The translations under genes were made by a program, and so were the position numbers. The notes under the pieces are model-generated. The model did not search any database and was not told the DNA's origin. It saw only the letters and a program-made list of their open reading frames with translations. From contig JBOFUV010000131.1 of the NCBI GenBank assembly GCA_051652765.1, forward strand, positions 32,001 through 96,000: 64,000 nucleotides of DNA. Reading direction: 5' to 3'. Positions 1 through 10,647 of the stretch are shown here, one piece after another (the first letter of the stretch is position 1; each line of letters starts with the position of its first letter). This DNA is from Microcoleaceae cyanobacterium. Lineage in GTDB: Bacteria; Cyanobacteriota; Cyanobacteriia; Cyanobacteriales; Microcoleaceae.

Positions 1-377
1 AGATCTTCCTAAGCAGTGTTAATTCTCCTCAGTGCCCTTTAGATAGGGAGAAGTGTCAAAGTGACCCCTTCCTAGGAGTATTTCCAGAAGTGTTTCTAGA
101 CGCACCAACGGCTTTTTGAGAAGTCGGGAACTTTAGGAGAGTCGCTAATGGGTAAAGACTTCATTGCATGGGCAACCTCTTAGACTACCTCTAGAACTGA
201 AGACAATCGAAAAATCGAGACTAGAGAACGAATGTCCGAGCCTTAGTTTTCCTTTGCTACGATTCTAACCTCTGACTAATTCTCTGTCCTTATTCACACC
301 GCTTTAGCCAATAAAATTAATTCAAACTCCCCCTTAAAAAGGGAGAATTTGGGGATCAAGCTAAACTTTCTCTTGAG

Positions 378-926
378 TTAAACCGTCAGGATATCCTTCT
401 CTTTCTCTGTGAACAGTTCGTCGATTTTTACAGTGTACTTATCAGTCAATTTTTGAACCTGATCTTGTAAATCACGGCATTCATCCTCAGAAACTTCTTT
501 GCTTTTCTCCTGTTTCCGCACTGAATCCACTGCATCCCGACGGACATTTCGCACCGCAACTTTCCCTTCCTCGGCACACTTATTGGCAACTTTAACCAGT
601 TCTTTCCGGCGATCGCTGGTGAGGGGAGGAATATTGAGCCGAATGATCGACCCATCATTACTCGGAGTCAATCCAATATCAGACAGAGAGATGGCTTTCT
701 CGATCAGACTAACACTATTGCGATCAAAGGGTTGAATCGTAATGGTTGAAGCATCAGGGGTACTAATACTCGCCAGGGATTTCAGGGGAGTCGGCGCTCC
801 ATAGTATTCAACAACAATCCGATCCAACAAGGACGTACTGGCCCGTCCTGTACGAATTGTATTAAACGATCGTTGAGTTGCTTCAATCGCTTTTTGCATC
901 AAGGATTCAACTTCAGCTAACTTCAC
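378..926 (-). CDS. frr: Ribosome recycling factor
   Basis: [14 protein letters not shown] and [12 protein letters not shown] motifs; directly downstream of pyrH. Confidence 0.97.
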   Translation of the reverse strand: MKLAEVESLMQKAIEATQRSFNTIRTGRASTSLLDRIVVEYYGAPTPLKSLASISTPDASTITIQPFDRNSVSLIEKAISLSDIGLTPSNDGSIIRLNIPPLTSDRRKELVKVANKCAEEGKVAVRNVRRDAVDSVRKQEKSKEVSEDECRDLQDQVQKLTDKYTVKIDELFTEKEKDILTV

Positions 927-1641
927 ACAAACCTCCTACAAATGTTCCAACATGTTCTCCACTTACAGCACGGCCAATATTTCCCCGCACATTCAGATCA
1001 AATACAATAATCGGAATGTTGTTCTCTTTGCAAAGGGCTATGGCAGTGCTATCCATAACCCGTAAGTCATGATTCAGGACGTGAACGTAGGTTAACGTGT
1101 TGTAGCGTCGTGCCTGAGGATGAAGTTTAGGATCTGCATCATAGATTCCGTCAACCTTAGTCGCCTTGAAAATAACTTCGGCATCGATTTCTGCTGCCCG
1201 CAGTGCGGCTGTCGTATCGGTTGTAAAAAAAGGATTGCCTGAACCCGCACCAAAAATCACCACGCGGTTTAGTTCTAGGTGACGGATGGCCTTGCGGCGA
1301 ATATAGGGCTCTGCAATTTCTTGCATGGCGATCGCCGTTTGGACTCGAGTCGGTACTCCAATTTGTTCTAGAGAATCTTGCAGCGTGATGGCATTCATCA
1401 CGGTTGCAATCATGCCAACATAGTCTGCTGTAGCCCGATCCATGCCAGCAGAAGCAGCTTTCATGCCTCGAAAAATATTCCCTCCCCCGACCACAATTGC
1501 AACTTGAACGCCCTCTGCAACAACCTCTGCAATTTCTTGGGCGATGTCCTGAACAACACCGGGGTCAATTCCGTAACCCAAATCGCCCATTAGGGCTTCC
1601 CCACTCAGTTTGAGCAAAATCCGCCGATATGCTTGGCCCAT
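913..1641 (-). CDS. pyrH: UMP kinase
   Basis: [19 protein letters not shown] and GNPFFTTDT motifs. Confidence 0.97.
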   Translation of the reverse strand: MGQAYRRILLKLSGEALMGDLGYGIDPGVVQDIAQEIAEVVAEGVQVAIVVGGGNIFRGMKAASAGMDRATADYVGMIATVMNAITLQDSLEQIGVPTRVQTAIAMQEIAEPYIRRKAIRHLELNRVVIFGAGSGNPFFTTDTTAALRAAEIDAEVIFKATKVDGIYDADPKLHPQARRYNTLTYVHVLNHDLRVMDSTAIALCKENNIPIIVFDLNVRGNIGRAVSGEHVGTFVGGLCEVS

Positions 1642-1843
1642 GTTTACCCCCTTACCTTGGTTGGCCCGGAGTGTTGAGCTTGAACCCTGTCATCATCGAA
1701 GTTCTCGGAAGTCTGCACCTCTTGAGCAGGTCTAGTCGTGCCAGGACTGGGGTAATCATAAAAAATATGTTGGAAGTGTATGTTGGGCTGTATGTTGGAA
1801 CTAAACAAAAAGTAAACCGCAAAAACCACAGACTAGAGGGATT

Positions 1844-2392
1844 TCATCGCCATTTAATGCGATCCCCCACTGCACAGGTGATGGTAGGTTCCAGAGGCTT
1901 GCCCTGAAATAACTGATCAATGGCCAGTCTTAAATAGGGAGCGTTAATAGATTCAGGGAGTTCAGAGCTATCATCAATTTTGCCTCGATAGCGGAGAACG
2001 CTTTCGTGATCAAGGAGAAAGGCTTCTGGAAGGATTTCAGCACCAAAACAGAGGGCGACATCTTGAGTGACATCTCGAATATAAGGAAAATTCAGGTTGT
2101 GAGTGGAGGCGAAAGCTTTCATACTCTCAAAGTCATCCCCTGGGGATTGAGCGGTATCATTCGGATTAATCCCTACTAATCTTACGCCTTGAGATGCATA
2201 GTCGCGCTGAATCTGCTTGAGCCGCTCCAAGTACGAACGCACAGAGGAAGACTGGTTAGACATAAAAACCACCACAATCACCCTGTACTTTTCTAAGTAC
2301 CGAGCTAAGTGATGTACCTCACCGTCAACTCCAGGCAGCTCAAAGTCAGGAGCATAACTGTTAATTGGAGTTCCCTTCATGTTGAGTGTCAA
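1844..2392 (-). CDS. Thioredoxin-fold AhpC/TSA (PRX-like) protein lacking the usual CxxC
   Basis: APDFELPG...LNFPYIRD...RYRGKIDD; the expected CNHC position reads SNQS. Confidence 0.85.
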   Translation of the reverse strand: MTLNMKGTPINSYAPDFELPGVDGEVHHLARYLEKYRVIVVVFMSNQSSSVRSYLERLKQIQRDYASQGVRLVGINPNDTAQSPGDDFESMKAFASTHNLNFPYIRDVTQDVALCFGAEILPEAFLLDHESVLRYRGKIDDSSELPESINAPYLRLAIDQLFQGKPLEPTITCAVGDRIKWR

Positions 2393-2671
2393 TGGCTTAA
2401 CTTTGAACCACTATTCGAACTACTACAATCTGAAACACCACAAAGGAAGTTGGTTTGGGAGACAGCCAACTGAAAATTCCTTACACTACTCTAACCTAAG
2501 AACCGTCTAATCCAGTAACAAATCTGTTGGGTTTCTCGCTCAAGTCAAGGGTTCAATTCAGCTAGGCCAACTCAAAATAGAGTAACATTCCTGTGCCCTC
2601 TTAAACTTTTATTCTGTCCGTGAACATCGGATGAACGGCCCAGATCATGAATTGCTCAGACTTCAAATTTC

Positions 2672-3589
2672 CTATTCTCTGAACCAGTTCTGGGCCAGAG
2701 CCTGATAGCCGATGAGTTTGTAAACGAGCTTGGCCGCAGTAAACTCTGAAACTACGGAATCTTGAACTGGAGCCAGTTCCATCACATCACAGCCAATCAC
2801 CTGATGGGTTGTAAATAACTGTTTGAGAAAGGCAAGCAGAGCGTACCAATGAAGTCCTCCCGGTTCAGGAGTCCCGACTCCCGGCATTAAGCTCGGATCA
2901 ATCCCATCTAGATCAATGGTGAGAAAGACCTCATTGGTGGGAATATTAGCGATCGCCGCTTGACTCCAGTCAGGATGAGTTGCCATCTCTCTGGCCCAAA
3001 TCACCGCAAGCTGCTTCTCTTTAATTAAAGTTGCTTCCTCTTGACACAGACTGCGAATCCCAATCTGAACCGTTGGCAATCCCATCTCAACCACGCGCCG
3101 CATCACGCAGGCATGGTTGTGGATTGACCCTTCGTACTCGTGACGCAGGTCGCCATGGGCATCAATTTGAACCACCGTAAAGGGTTTATCCAGAAGTTGC
3201 CGATAGGCTGCCACCACACCTGCGGTAATACTGTGTTCCCCACCCAGGGCAATCACAAATTTTCCGGCGGTTGCCAAATCAAACACAGCTTGCTGAGTGC
3301 TTCGTAACATTTCTTCAGCAGAAACGAACCCACGACGAGTGTCGGCGACGGGAGAATGGGTGTAAATTCCCACTGCTTCTCCCACCTCTCGATCCAGTTC
3401 ATCATCGTAGCATTCTAATTGTTGAGAGGCTTCTAGGATGGCTGCAGGGCCATGCTGACACCCTTGCCGGTAAGTTGTTGTCGCTTCATAAGGAATCGGC
3501 AGAATTGCAACCTGGGCTGTCTCAAACTCCGGGGTAATCTCAGAACCCAGAAAATCTAATGTTGATGCCGAGGTAGGGGTCGTGATCAT
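2672..3589 (-). CDS. speB: Agmatinase (ureohydrolase family)
   Basis: GGEHS, DAHGD and DLDGIDP...GTPEPGG metal-binding motifs. Confidence 0.92.
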   Translation of the reverse strand: MITTPTSASTLDFLGSEITPEFETAQVAILPIPYEATTTYRQGCQHGPAAILEASQQLECYDDELDREVGEAVGIYTHSPVADTRRGFVSAEEMLRSTQQAVFDLATAGKFVIALGGEHSITAGVVAAYRQLLDKPFTVVQIDAHGDLRHEYEGSIHNHACVMRRVVEMGLPTVQIGIRSLCQEEATLIKEKQLAVIWAREMATHPDWSQAAIANIPTNEVFLTIDLDGIDPSLMPGVGTPEPGGLHWYALLAFLKQLFTTHQVIGCDVMELAPVQDSVVSEFTAAKLVYKLIGYQALAQNWFRE

Positions 3590-3694
3590 AGGACTTAGGG
3601 TAAATCAAACGGTTTAAAGGGGTTTGGTCGGTGTTTGTTGGAGTCTGTCCAGTCAGTTGAATAGATTAGTAGACAGGGGCATTGAGTATTTTTG

Positions 3695-4279
3695 TTACCA
3701 ACCCAATACAGAATAGAAAGCCGACTCCTCAAGTTCCGGTTGACTCCCTGGATCTTCTGTCGTTAGCCGAATTTCAGTGCAAAAAGTAGACGTGTTAAAG
3801 CCACCAAATCGCTTCACTGCACTGGTACGCATCCTCACATCGGCACTAGCAAACCAGAAGCGCTCGATAGAACTCATGGTCTCGTATTCTGTAACTAGCA
3901 TCAAGCCATCTTCATCATCCATTTCAAATTGACCCACAACCGGAACGATCTCAGCGTAGCCCCGCTCTCGTAACATTCGGCCTTTTCGAGGGTTGTCCGA
4001 ATCAGGCACGATTGCAAATATCGTTGATCCCTGATGATTTTCATCTTCTTTATCCCAAGCCATTTCGCCATTCCAAGTCACATAAGCGCCTCCAGCCGCC
4101 AGAGCCGGATCAATTTCATGCATTTGACAAATTTCGACTACTTTTGGGTCATCTGCCCCTAGAGATTCAACCAAAATCTCTGAGTGACCCTTCTCAGCTT
4201 GTCTGAAGGCTAAGTGATGAGTGGTTCGCAGCGATCGCCACTTTCCCGCACTTTTTTGAAAAAACTCCATTGCATCCAT
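3695..4279 (-). CDS. cpcS: Phycobiliprotein lyase CpcS/CpeS family
   Basis: MDAMEFF..SAGKWRS.RTTHHL, RERGYAE and ERFWF motifs; start trimmed to ATG at 4279. Confidence 0.88.
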   Translation of the reverse strand: MDAMEFFQKSAGKWRSLRTTHHLAFRQAEKGHSEILVESLGADDPKVVEICQMHEIDPALAAGGAYVTWNGEMAWDKEDENHQGSTIFAIVPDSDNPRKGRMLRERGYAEIVPVVGQFEMDDEDGLMLVTEYETMSSIERFWFASADVRMRTSAVKRFGGFNTSTFCTEIRLTTEDPGSQPELEESAFYSVLGW

Positions 4280-4412
4280 AAGCTGATTTGATTCCTCAGA
4301 TAGATTTTTCCTTGATTTCATTTCTTTATGATAAAGCCAGGGTTAGTTCTGTGAACTTTTACGACAGAGATGAGTTGATAAATGTGCATTATGGACGGTT
4401 TGTCAAGCAATT

Positions 4413-4471
4413 GTTATGATAGTTTACATAATGAGCATAACGGTTGACAAATCTACCCTATCAACTATTAG
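4413..4471 (+). promoter_or_regulatory. Putative nblA promoter: HLR1-like repeat plus TTGACA/TATTAG
   Basis: GTTATGAT-AG-TTTACATA at 4413-4430; TTGACA 4444-4449; TATTAG 4466-4471 (16-bp spacer). Confidence 0.4.
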
Positions 4472-4499
4472 TCCACCTCATAGACTGGAGGAGTGAGAG

Positions 4500-4667
4500 A
4501 TGAACGCACCTGGAAACCTCAGTTTGGAACAACAGTTTAAGTTGCAGATGTTACGAGATCAGGTCAAGCATCTGAGTTTGGAAGAAGCCCAAGAATACCT
4601 AGTTGAAGTTCTGAGGCAAGGAATGGTGAAAGATAACTTGCTACGCCACTGGATTAAGAGTTCTTAA
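4500..4667 (+). CDS. nblA: Phycobilisome degradation protein NblA (55 aa; not in the supplied ORF track)
   Basis: Hand translation MNAPGNLSLEQQFKLQMLRDQVKHLSLEEAQEYLVEVLRQGMVKDNLLRHWIKSS contains the LSLEQQF and M.KDN motifs; GGAGGAG RBS upstream. Confidence 0.93.
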   Translation: MNAPGNLSLEQQFKLQMLRDQVKHLSLEEAQEYLVEVLRQGMVKDNLLRHWIKSS

Positions 4668-4804
4668 CAAAATTAGCATGTACTCAATGGGTACTGAAAG
4701 TGTTCGCAGCAATTTCTAGGCAGTTAAAGCACAAAAGCAAGTGAGTAAGAACTAATTTGGCTCTTACTCACTCTCTATACAGAAATTTGTTCCGAATCGG
4801 AGAT

Positions 4805-5638
4805 TTAACCAAATCGACCGCTAACGTACTGTTGTGTGGCCTCTTCCTTCGGGTTTTGGAAGATGGTTTGAGTCTCATCAAACTCAACAAGATACCCAAA
4901 TCGCTTGCTACCGCTCTCAGCCTTCGCGTTGTAGAACGCCGTCATGTCAGCGACCCGAGTGGCTTGCTGCATGTTGTGGGTCACGATAATGATGGTGTAT
5001 TTTTCCTTCAACTCGTGAATCAGCTCTTCAACCGCTAGGGTAGAAATTGGGTCAAGGGAAGCACAAGGTTCATCCATTAACACGACATCTGGTTCAACAG
5101 AAATCGTGCGAGCAATACATAGCCGTTGTTGCTGTCCTCCAGACAAAGCAAAACCGCTTTGACCCAGTTTGTCCTTGACTTCGTCCCAAAGAACTGCCTG
5201 ACGCAAGGAACGCTCAACGATCTCGTCCATCTCTTCTTTTGTTTTGGCCAGACCGTTGACGCGAACCCCATAGGCAATGTTGTCATAAATAGTTTTTGGG
5301 AAAGGATTCGGCTTCTGGAAAACCATCCCAATCCGCCGCCGCACTTCAACCGGATCAACATCCGGATCATAGAGGTTCTTCCCTTTGTAATAGACCTTTC
5401 CGTCCAGATGAAAAATCGGAATCAAATCGTTCAAGCGATTAAAGCACCGTAAAACAGTACTCTTACCACAACCTGAAGGGCCAATAAAGGCAGTGACCTT
5501 ATTCTTGGGAATACTCAAGGAAATCGAACGTACGGCTTTGAAGTCACCGTAGAACACATCAAGATTTTCAGTCTCCAAAGCTGGGTCAACCGCTTTGGCT
5601 GCGGGTTGCCTCGCCGGTTGATATCCGTAGTCCACCAT
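4805..5638 (-). CDS. pstB: Phosphate ABC transporter ATPase
   Basis: [17 protein letters not shown] and [13 protein letters not shown] motifs. Confidence 0.96.
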   Translation of the reverse strand: MVDYGYQPARQPAAKAVDPALETENLDVFYGDFKAVRSISLSIPKNKVTAFIGPSGCGKSTVLRCFNRLNDLIPIFHLDGKVYYKGKNLYDPDVDPVEVRRRIGMVFQKPNPFPKTIYDNIAYGVRVNGLAKTKEEMDEIVERSLRQAVLWDEVKDKLGQSGFALSGGQQQRLCIARTISVEPDVVLMDEPCASLDPISTLAVEELIHELKEKYTIIIVTHNMQQATRVADMTAFYNAKAESGSKRFGYLVEFDETQTIFQNPKEEATQQYVSGRFG

Positions 5639-5899
5639 AATAACTTAACTCCCAATAAATTTTATCTACCCCATACTTGGGTTACATTTGCCTTGTTTCC
5701 AGCCCACCCCTGTTATACCAGACCCGCCCAGATTGTATACGTATCTAGCAAACCCATTCCTTGCAACAGCCCCGACAAGAATAATTTCTCCAGGAGCGCT
5801 GCTTTGATCAAACAGCAGTCAATACGAGAATAATTGAACTAGAGACAGATACAAGCTGAGCCGAATTGGATGCCTGTCAGCAGACAATTAAAATTGCTT

Positions 5900-6793
5900 T
5901 TAAAACTGCTTTTGACGAGTTGCCCAGCGAGCCAGAATGCTTGTCAACAATACCAAGAGCAACAAAACCAGAGACGCTGCCCAGGCAAACTCTTGCAACA
6001 CTCTATCAAATCCTCTAGCAAACTCATACACTAAAAAAGACAGAGAAGGTAGAGTTTGGGACAACGGACTGGGATTAGGCCAGTTATTGGTATAGATGAC
6101 CGTAAATAGCAAAGGAGCAGTTTCCCCTGCCGCACGGGCAATCCCTAAAGTCACCCCAGTTAAAATTGCAGGCAATGCTGCAGGAAGAACGACTTGAAGG
6201 GCCGTTTGATAATTGGAAGATCCTAAACCAACAGAAGCCGAACGAATATCCTGAGGGACAATCTTCAGCGCTTCATCCGTTGTTCGGACAATCGTTGGCA
6301 ACATCAGAACTGCAAGAGCGATCCCCCCAGCAAGTACAGAAAATTGCCCCATATTAAGAACCACCAAGCTGTAAACAAAAACCCCGGCGATGATCGAAGG
6401 CACACCACTCAGAACGTTCGTTGCAAAACTAATCGTCCCCTTAACTCTATCAGAAGCAAACTCTGAGACAAAGATAGCCGCTAAAACTCCAAAGGGGACA
6501 GCAAGTAAAGCGGCCAGAGAGACCACCTGAATCGTCCCCAGAATAGCACTGGCGATTCCTCCAGAGGTTTGACCCGCAGTCGGAGGCAACTTAGTAAAAA
6601 GATCGAGATTTAACCGACCTGCTCCTTTGAACAATACATAGAGTAACACCGCAAACAAAGGAACCAGAGCAATCGCAATACAAGCCCCTGAAATCCCAGT
6701 CATCACAATGTCAAGAATATCCCGAGGACGGCTGCGATTCCGAATTAAACCCTGGACACTTGAATCACTATAGGTTTGAGAAGCGTTTGACAT
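5900..6793 (-). CDS. pstA: Phosphate ABC transporter permease
   Basis: GVPSIIAG and ARAAGETAPLL motifs. Confidence 0.95.
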   Translation of the reverse strand: MSNASQTYSDSSVQGLIRNRSRPRDILDIVMTGISGACIAIALVPLFAVLLYVLFKGAGRLNLDLFTKLPPTAGQTSGGIASAILGTIQVVSLAALLAVPFGVLAAIFVSEFASDRVKGTISFATNVLSGVPSIIAGVFVYSLVVLNMGQFSVLAGGIALAVLMLPTIVRTTDEALKIVPQDIRSASVGLGSSNYQTALQVVLPAALPAILTGVTLGIARAAGETAPLLFTVIYTNNWPNPSPLSQTLPSLSFLVYEFARGFDRVLQEFAWAASLVLLLLVLLTSILARWATRQKQF

Positions 6794-6839
6794 AACTTTA
6801 GATCAGGATATGTAAGGTCAGAGATTGAACAACAAGAAA

Positions 6840-7799
6840 CTACTGATATTTCGCCTGAACCCGGCTTACAATCTGCTGCGCTAGGATATTCACAATAAGC
6901 GTTAGGATAAACAAAACAAACGCAGCATACATCAGGGACGAGATCTGAAGTCCAGACGCTTCTGGGAACTGGTTAGCCAGAAGTGAGGCAATGGTGTTGC
7001 CGGGAGCAAATAGAGAGATATTAAATCGGTTTGAGTTACCAATGATCATGGTAGCGGCCATGGTTTCTCCCATTGCTCGACCCAGTGCCAACATGATTCC
7101 CCCAACAATCCCAGAGAACGCTGCCGGAACCAACACGCGAAAAATCGTCACCCAGCGGGTCGAACCCAAGCCCAAAGAAGCCTGTCTCAAGTCTGGAGGA
7201 AGGCTAGCCAAAGAATCTCGGGCGATCGCCGTAATAATCGGCAAAATCATAATTGCCAAAACCACTCCCGCTGGAAAGGTTCCTGGCCCCGCTGGAGGAG
7301 TGCTAAAAAACGGAATCCAGCCAAAATTATTAAAAATAAACAGCTGAACGGGTCTCAGAAAAGGAACCAACACAAAAATTCCCCACAGACCATAAACGAC
7401 ACTTGGAATCGCCGCCAGCAACTGCACCATGAACGTTAGAACAGTCCGAATCTGGGGCAGAATGAAGTCTTCACTCAAAAAAATTGCAGTCCCTACCCCT
7501 AATGGAACAGCAAACAACAACGCGATTAGGGACGTAACAATCGTTCCATAGATCATTGGGAAAGCCCCGTAATTAACATTGACGGGATCCCAAGCACTGT
7601 TGAAGACAAACCCTAAGCCGAACTGTTTCATCGCCGGGAAGGCTTTCTCAATAATCGGCAGTGCGATCAAGACCAAAAGTACTACAACTCCCCAAGCGAA
7701 GATTTTAGTCAACCAAGAAAAACCGAAATCCAGGTTTTTCTCCATCGGTGTGCGGGACTGGGGAATCCCTCCTTGAAAATCGTTAGCAGGTGTAGCCAT
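6840..7799 (-). CDS. pstC: Phosphate ABC transporter permease
   Basis: IPSVVYGLWG and GRAMGETMA motifs. Confidence 0.95.
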   Translation of the reverse strand: MATPANDFQGGIPQSRTPMEKNLDFGFSWLTKIFAWGVVVLLVLIALPIIEKAFPAMKQFGLGFVFNSAWDPVNVNYGAFPMIYGTIVTSLIALLFAVPLGVGTAIFLSEDFILPQIRTVLTFMVQLLAAIPSVVYGLWGIFVLVPFLRPVQLFIFNNFGWIPFFSTPPAGPGTFPAGVVLAIMILPIITAIARDSLASLPPDLRQASLGLGSTRWVTIFRVLVPAAFSGIVGGIMLALGRAMGETMAATMIIGNSNRFNISLFAPGNTIASLLANQFPEASGLQISSLMYAAFVLFILTLIVNILAQQIVSRVQAKYQ

Positions 7800-7845
7800 A
7801 GGGAATCAAGAACTAATTCTTTGCTCAACAGTAATAAACTCAATC

Positions 7846-7897
7846 TAAAAAGCAGTCAGACAAACTTACCCATATGGAAAAGTTCAATCTGACTGCT
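7846..7897 (-). terminator. Stem-loop between pstS and pstC (attenuator or transcript stabiliser)
   Basis: AGCAGTCAGA (7851-7860) pairs with TCTGACTGCT (7888-7897); short U-run follows on the minus strand. Confidence 0.6.
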
Positions 7898-7908
7898 GCA
7901 CCCTCAAA

Positions 7909-9072
7909 CTATTTAACCTTGATTTGATAGTCAGGACTGATTGCATCTGCAGCAGCCGCGACTTTTTCAACAACATTCTCAGGCAGAGGAATATAGCCCA
8001 GCTCGGCACTCACCTTCTGACCTTGGGTCAAACCATACTCAATCGTTGCTTCCAGAGCCTTGGCAATTGCCGGATCACTGTACTTGGTATTGGCGAGCAT
8101 CCAAGAGTAGGTAACGATAGGATAAGATGCCTCACCTTCTGGGTCATCAATAAATGCCCGTAGGTTCTCTGGCAACTCAACCGCCGCCAAAGCCGCAGAA
8201 GTGTTTTCAGGGGAAGGCATAACAAACTTTCCTGCCTTATTCTGAAGAGAGGCCATCGCCAGTCCCGCATTCTTGGCAAATCCTTCTTCGATGTAGCCGA
8301 TTGAACCAGGAGTCTGACCGATCTGAGCCGCAACTCCATCATTCTTAGGAGCACCAATTCCAACAGGCCACTGAACCGTCTTGCCATCACCTACAGAACT
8401 CTTCCAATCTTCGCTAATCGCACTCAAGTGCTTAGTAAAGACACCTGTAGTTCCGCTTCCGTCAGAGCGGAAGATTGGAGTAATTGGTAAATCAGGCAGG
8501 GTCACTCCCGCGTTGTCGGCAGCAATTTTTGGATCATTCCAGTTGGTAATCTTGCCCAGAAAAATCTCGGAGTAAACTTCTCTAGAAAGCTTCAATTCTG
8601 GAACATCGGGAACATTATAGGACAGAACAATGGCCCCTGCAGTCATGGGCAACAAAATCACCCCGTTGGTGACCCTTGCGATTTCCTCATCTGTCATCGC
8701 AACATCGCTTGCACCAAAATTGACCAGCGACTGAGTGAATCGCTCAATTCCAGCGCCACTTCCGACGGACTGATAGTCAACTTGAAGGTTGGGGACAGCA
8801 CCACTGAAATCCTGGAACCAGCGCTGATACAAGGGAGCTGGGAAGGATGCACCCGCACCAATCAAGTTGGTTCTACTGTTTAGCACAAGCTGAGTTGCAA
8901 CACCACCCGTTGGTTCTGTACCACTGGGCGCAGTAGTCGTTGTGCTTCCAGCCGCAGGGGTTTCAGTGGTTGTTGTGGTTGTTGTTGTAGTTGTTCCACC
9001 GCAAGCAACTAAACCTAGAACTAGGGCAACAATAGAAGCTTTAGTAACACAAGAATTTAGACGAAAAACCAT
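7909..9072 (-). CDS. pstS: Phosphate-binding lipoprotein PstS
   Basis: Lipobox LVAC, poly-Thr linker, GAGASFPAPLY, YQSVGSGAG and RSDGSGTT motifs. Confidence 0.96.
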   Translation of the reverse strand: MVFRLNSCVTKASIVALVLGLVACGGTTTTTTTTTTETPAAGSTTTTAPSGTEPTGGVATQLVLNSRTNLIGAGASFPAPLYQRWFQDFSGAVPNLQVDYQSVGSGAGIERFTQSLVNFGASDVAMTDEEIARVTNGVILLPMTAGAIVLSYNVPDVPELKLSREVYSEIFLGKITNWNDPKIAADNAGVTLPDLPITPIFRSDGSGTTGVFTKHLSAISEDWKSSVGDGKTVQWPVGIGAPKNDGVAAQIGQTPGSIGYIEEGFAKNAGLAMASLQNKAGKFVMPSPENTSAALAAVELPENLRAFIDDPEGEASYPIVTYSWMLANTKYSDPAIAKALEATIEYGLTQGQKVSAELGYIPLPENVVEKVAAAADAISPDYQIKVK

Positions 9073-9138
9073 AGCTATCAAGAATTCCGCTTTTTGACGT
9101 TGAATTACCCTAGAGCATAGCGTCTAGTCAACAAATCA

Positions 9139-9157
9139 AGGTAAAGAAAAGGTTAAG
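9139..9157 (-). promoter_or_regulatory. Pho box (SphR-type) upstream of pstS
   Basis: Minus strand CTTAACCT-TTT-CTTTACCT, 11-bp period, fits the cyanobacterial PyTTAAPyPy(T/A) repeat. Confidence 0.7.
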
Positions 9158-9333
9158 GATTTTTGCCAAGTTACATCTCTAAATTCTCTTAAATCAGTCT
9201 TAATCCTTTGAGGTTTTGTAACGACACGCAACTCTAGATGAACCCCATGACTACCCTATTCCCAAAGTCTACGGAGAAACCAGACCGTGGTAAAATTACA
9301 AGACTCAAATTGATAGCAATTGCAAACTGAAAC

Positions 9334-10464
9334 GTGGTGCAAGTCTCTCCTTCAACTCCTCCTCAAGTTGGTGATGGTCAAGGTACAACTCGTAGCCCAA
9401 CGATTGATCTGAACCATCCCAGCGATTTACAGACCTGGCTAGATCAACGGATTGATCAGATTATTGCTGGATATCGCCTTGACCGAACCGAGGCAATGCG
9501 GTTGACTCAGATTGAAGGTCAAGAAAGTATTCTAATGCTCTGTCAAGGGGCCAATCGAGTCCGTCAAGCCTGTTGTGGCAATACAGTTGACCTCTGTAGT
9601 ATTGTCAATATCAAATCCGGCAACTGTTCTGAAAATTGCAGTTTCTGTTCCCAGTCCGCCTATTATCCCGGAACAGATTCTCCAGTTTATGGCCTCAAGT
9701 CTCCTGAAGAAATTTTGGCTCAAGCTAAGGCTGCCGAATCTGCTGGGGCAAAGCGATTTTGCCTAGTTTCTCAGGGACGGGGTCTGAAGTACAATAGCCC
9801 CAAATCGACTGAGTTCGAGCAAATTCTAGAAACGGTTCGTCAGATTCAAGTTGAGACTCGTATTAAGCCCTGTTGTGCCCTGGGAGAACTAACCCTGGAG
9901 CAAGCCCAAGCCCTTGCTGAAGCTGGAGTGACTCGCTACAACCACAACCTTGAATCCTCGGAAAATTTCTATCCCAACATTGTCACAACTCATACTTGGC
10001 AAGATCGGGTGGACACAGTCAAAAACCTTAAGGCGGCAGGAATTCAAGCCTGCACTGGAGGGATTATTGGCATGGGAGAAACCTGGGAAGACCGGGTCGA
10101 TCTGGCTTTGTCACTGCGGGAATTAGAAGTTGAATCCGTACCGATTAACTTGCTCAACTCCCGTCAAGGAACTCCCTTGGAAGGCCAACTTAAACTTGAT
10201 CCGTATGAGGCTTTGAAGGCGATCGCAATCTTCCGGCTGATTTTACCCCAGCAAATCCTACGATATGCCGGGGGACGAGAGGCCGTCATGGGAGAACTGC
10301 AAGCGTTAGGGTTGCAATCCGGCATCAATGCCATGTTAATTGGCCACTATCTTACGACCTTGGGTCAGCCCCCTGAACGCGATCAAGAAATGCTGGCTGC
10401 CTTGGGGCTTGAGGGAGGAGAAGCTCCAGTTCTAGGCCAAGCTCTGGCTGATCAGGACGCATAA
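9334..10464 (+). CDS. bioB: Biotin synthase
   Basis: CSENCSFCSQS radical SAM motif, YNHNLE, ESVPINLL. Confidence 0.96.
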   Translation: MVQVSPSTPPQVGDGQGTTRSPTIDLNHPSDLQTWLDQRIDQIIAGYRLDRTEAMRLTQIEGQESILMLCQGANRVRQACCGNTVDLCSIVNIKSGNCSENCSFCSQSAYYPGTDSPVYGLKSPEEILAQAKAAESAGAKRFCLVSQGRGLKYNSPKSTEFEQILETVRQIQVETRIKPCCALGELTLEQAQALAEAGVTRYNHNLESSENFYPNIVTTHTWQDRVDTVKNLKAAGIQACTGGIIGMGETWEDRVDLALSLRELEVESVPINLLNSRQGTPLEGQLKLDPYEALKAIAIFRLILPQQILRYAGGREAVMGELQALGLQSGINAMLIGHYLTTLGQPPERDQEMLAALGLEGGEAPVLGQALADQDA

Positions 10465-10647
10465 CCCAGTCACGACGAGGGGTTTGTCTAATTTTGACGT
10501 GGGTTGTGAAGGTTAGGGCTGTGAACATTTGTAGTCATGCAGGGATCAGCCTGATCGGGGTAGATGCTCCCTCCACATTCGCCCTTAAATCAGATCGCGT
10601 ATAAATCAAACTATGAGCAGATAATAAAAGTGAACGACGAATAGTCA

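Noticed and set aside
1629..1907. Short ORFs between pyrH and the thioredoxin-fold gene
   Set aside because: No recognisable motifs; they overlap real genes and are partly built from a TATGTTGG repeat
9310..9327. Fur-like dyad ATTGATAGCAATTGCAAA before bioB
   Set aside because: Arm spacing is one base shorter than in the four boxes of the iron island; not supportable by eye
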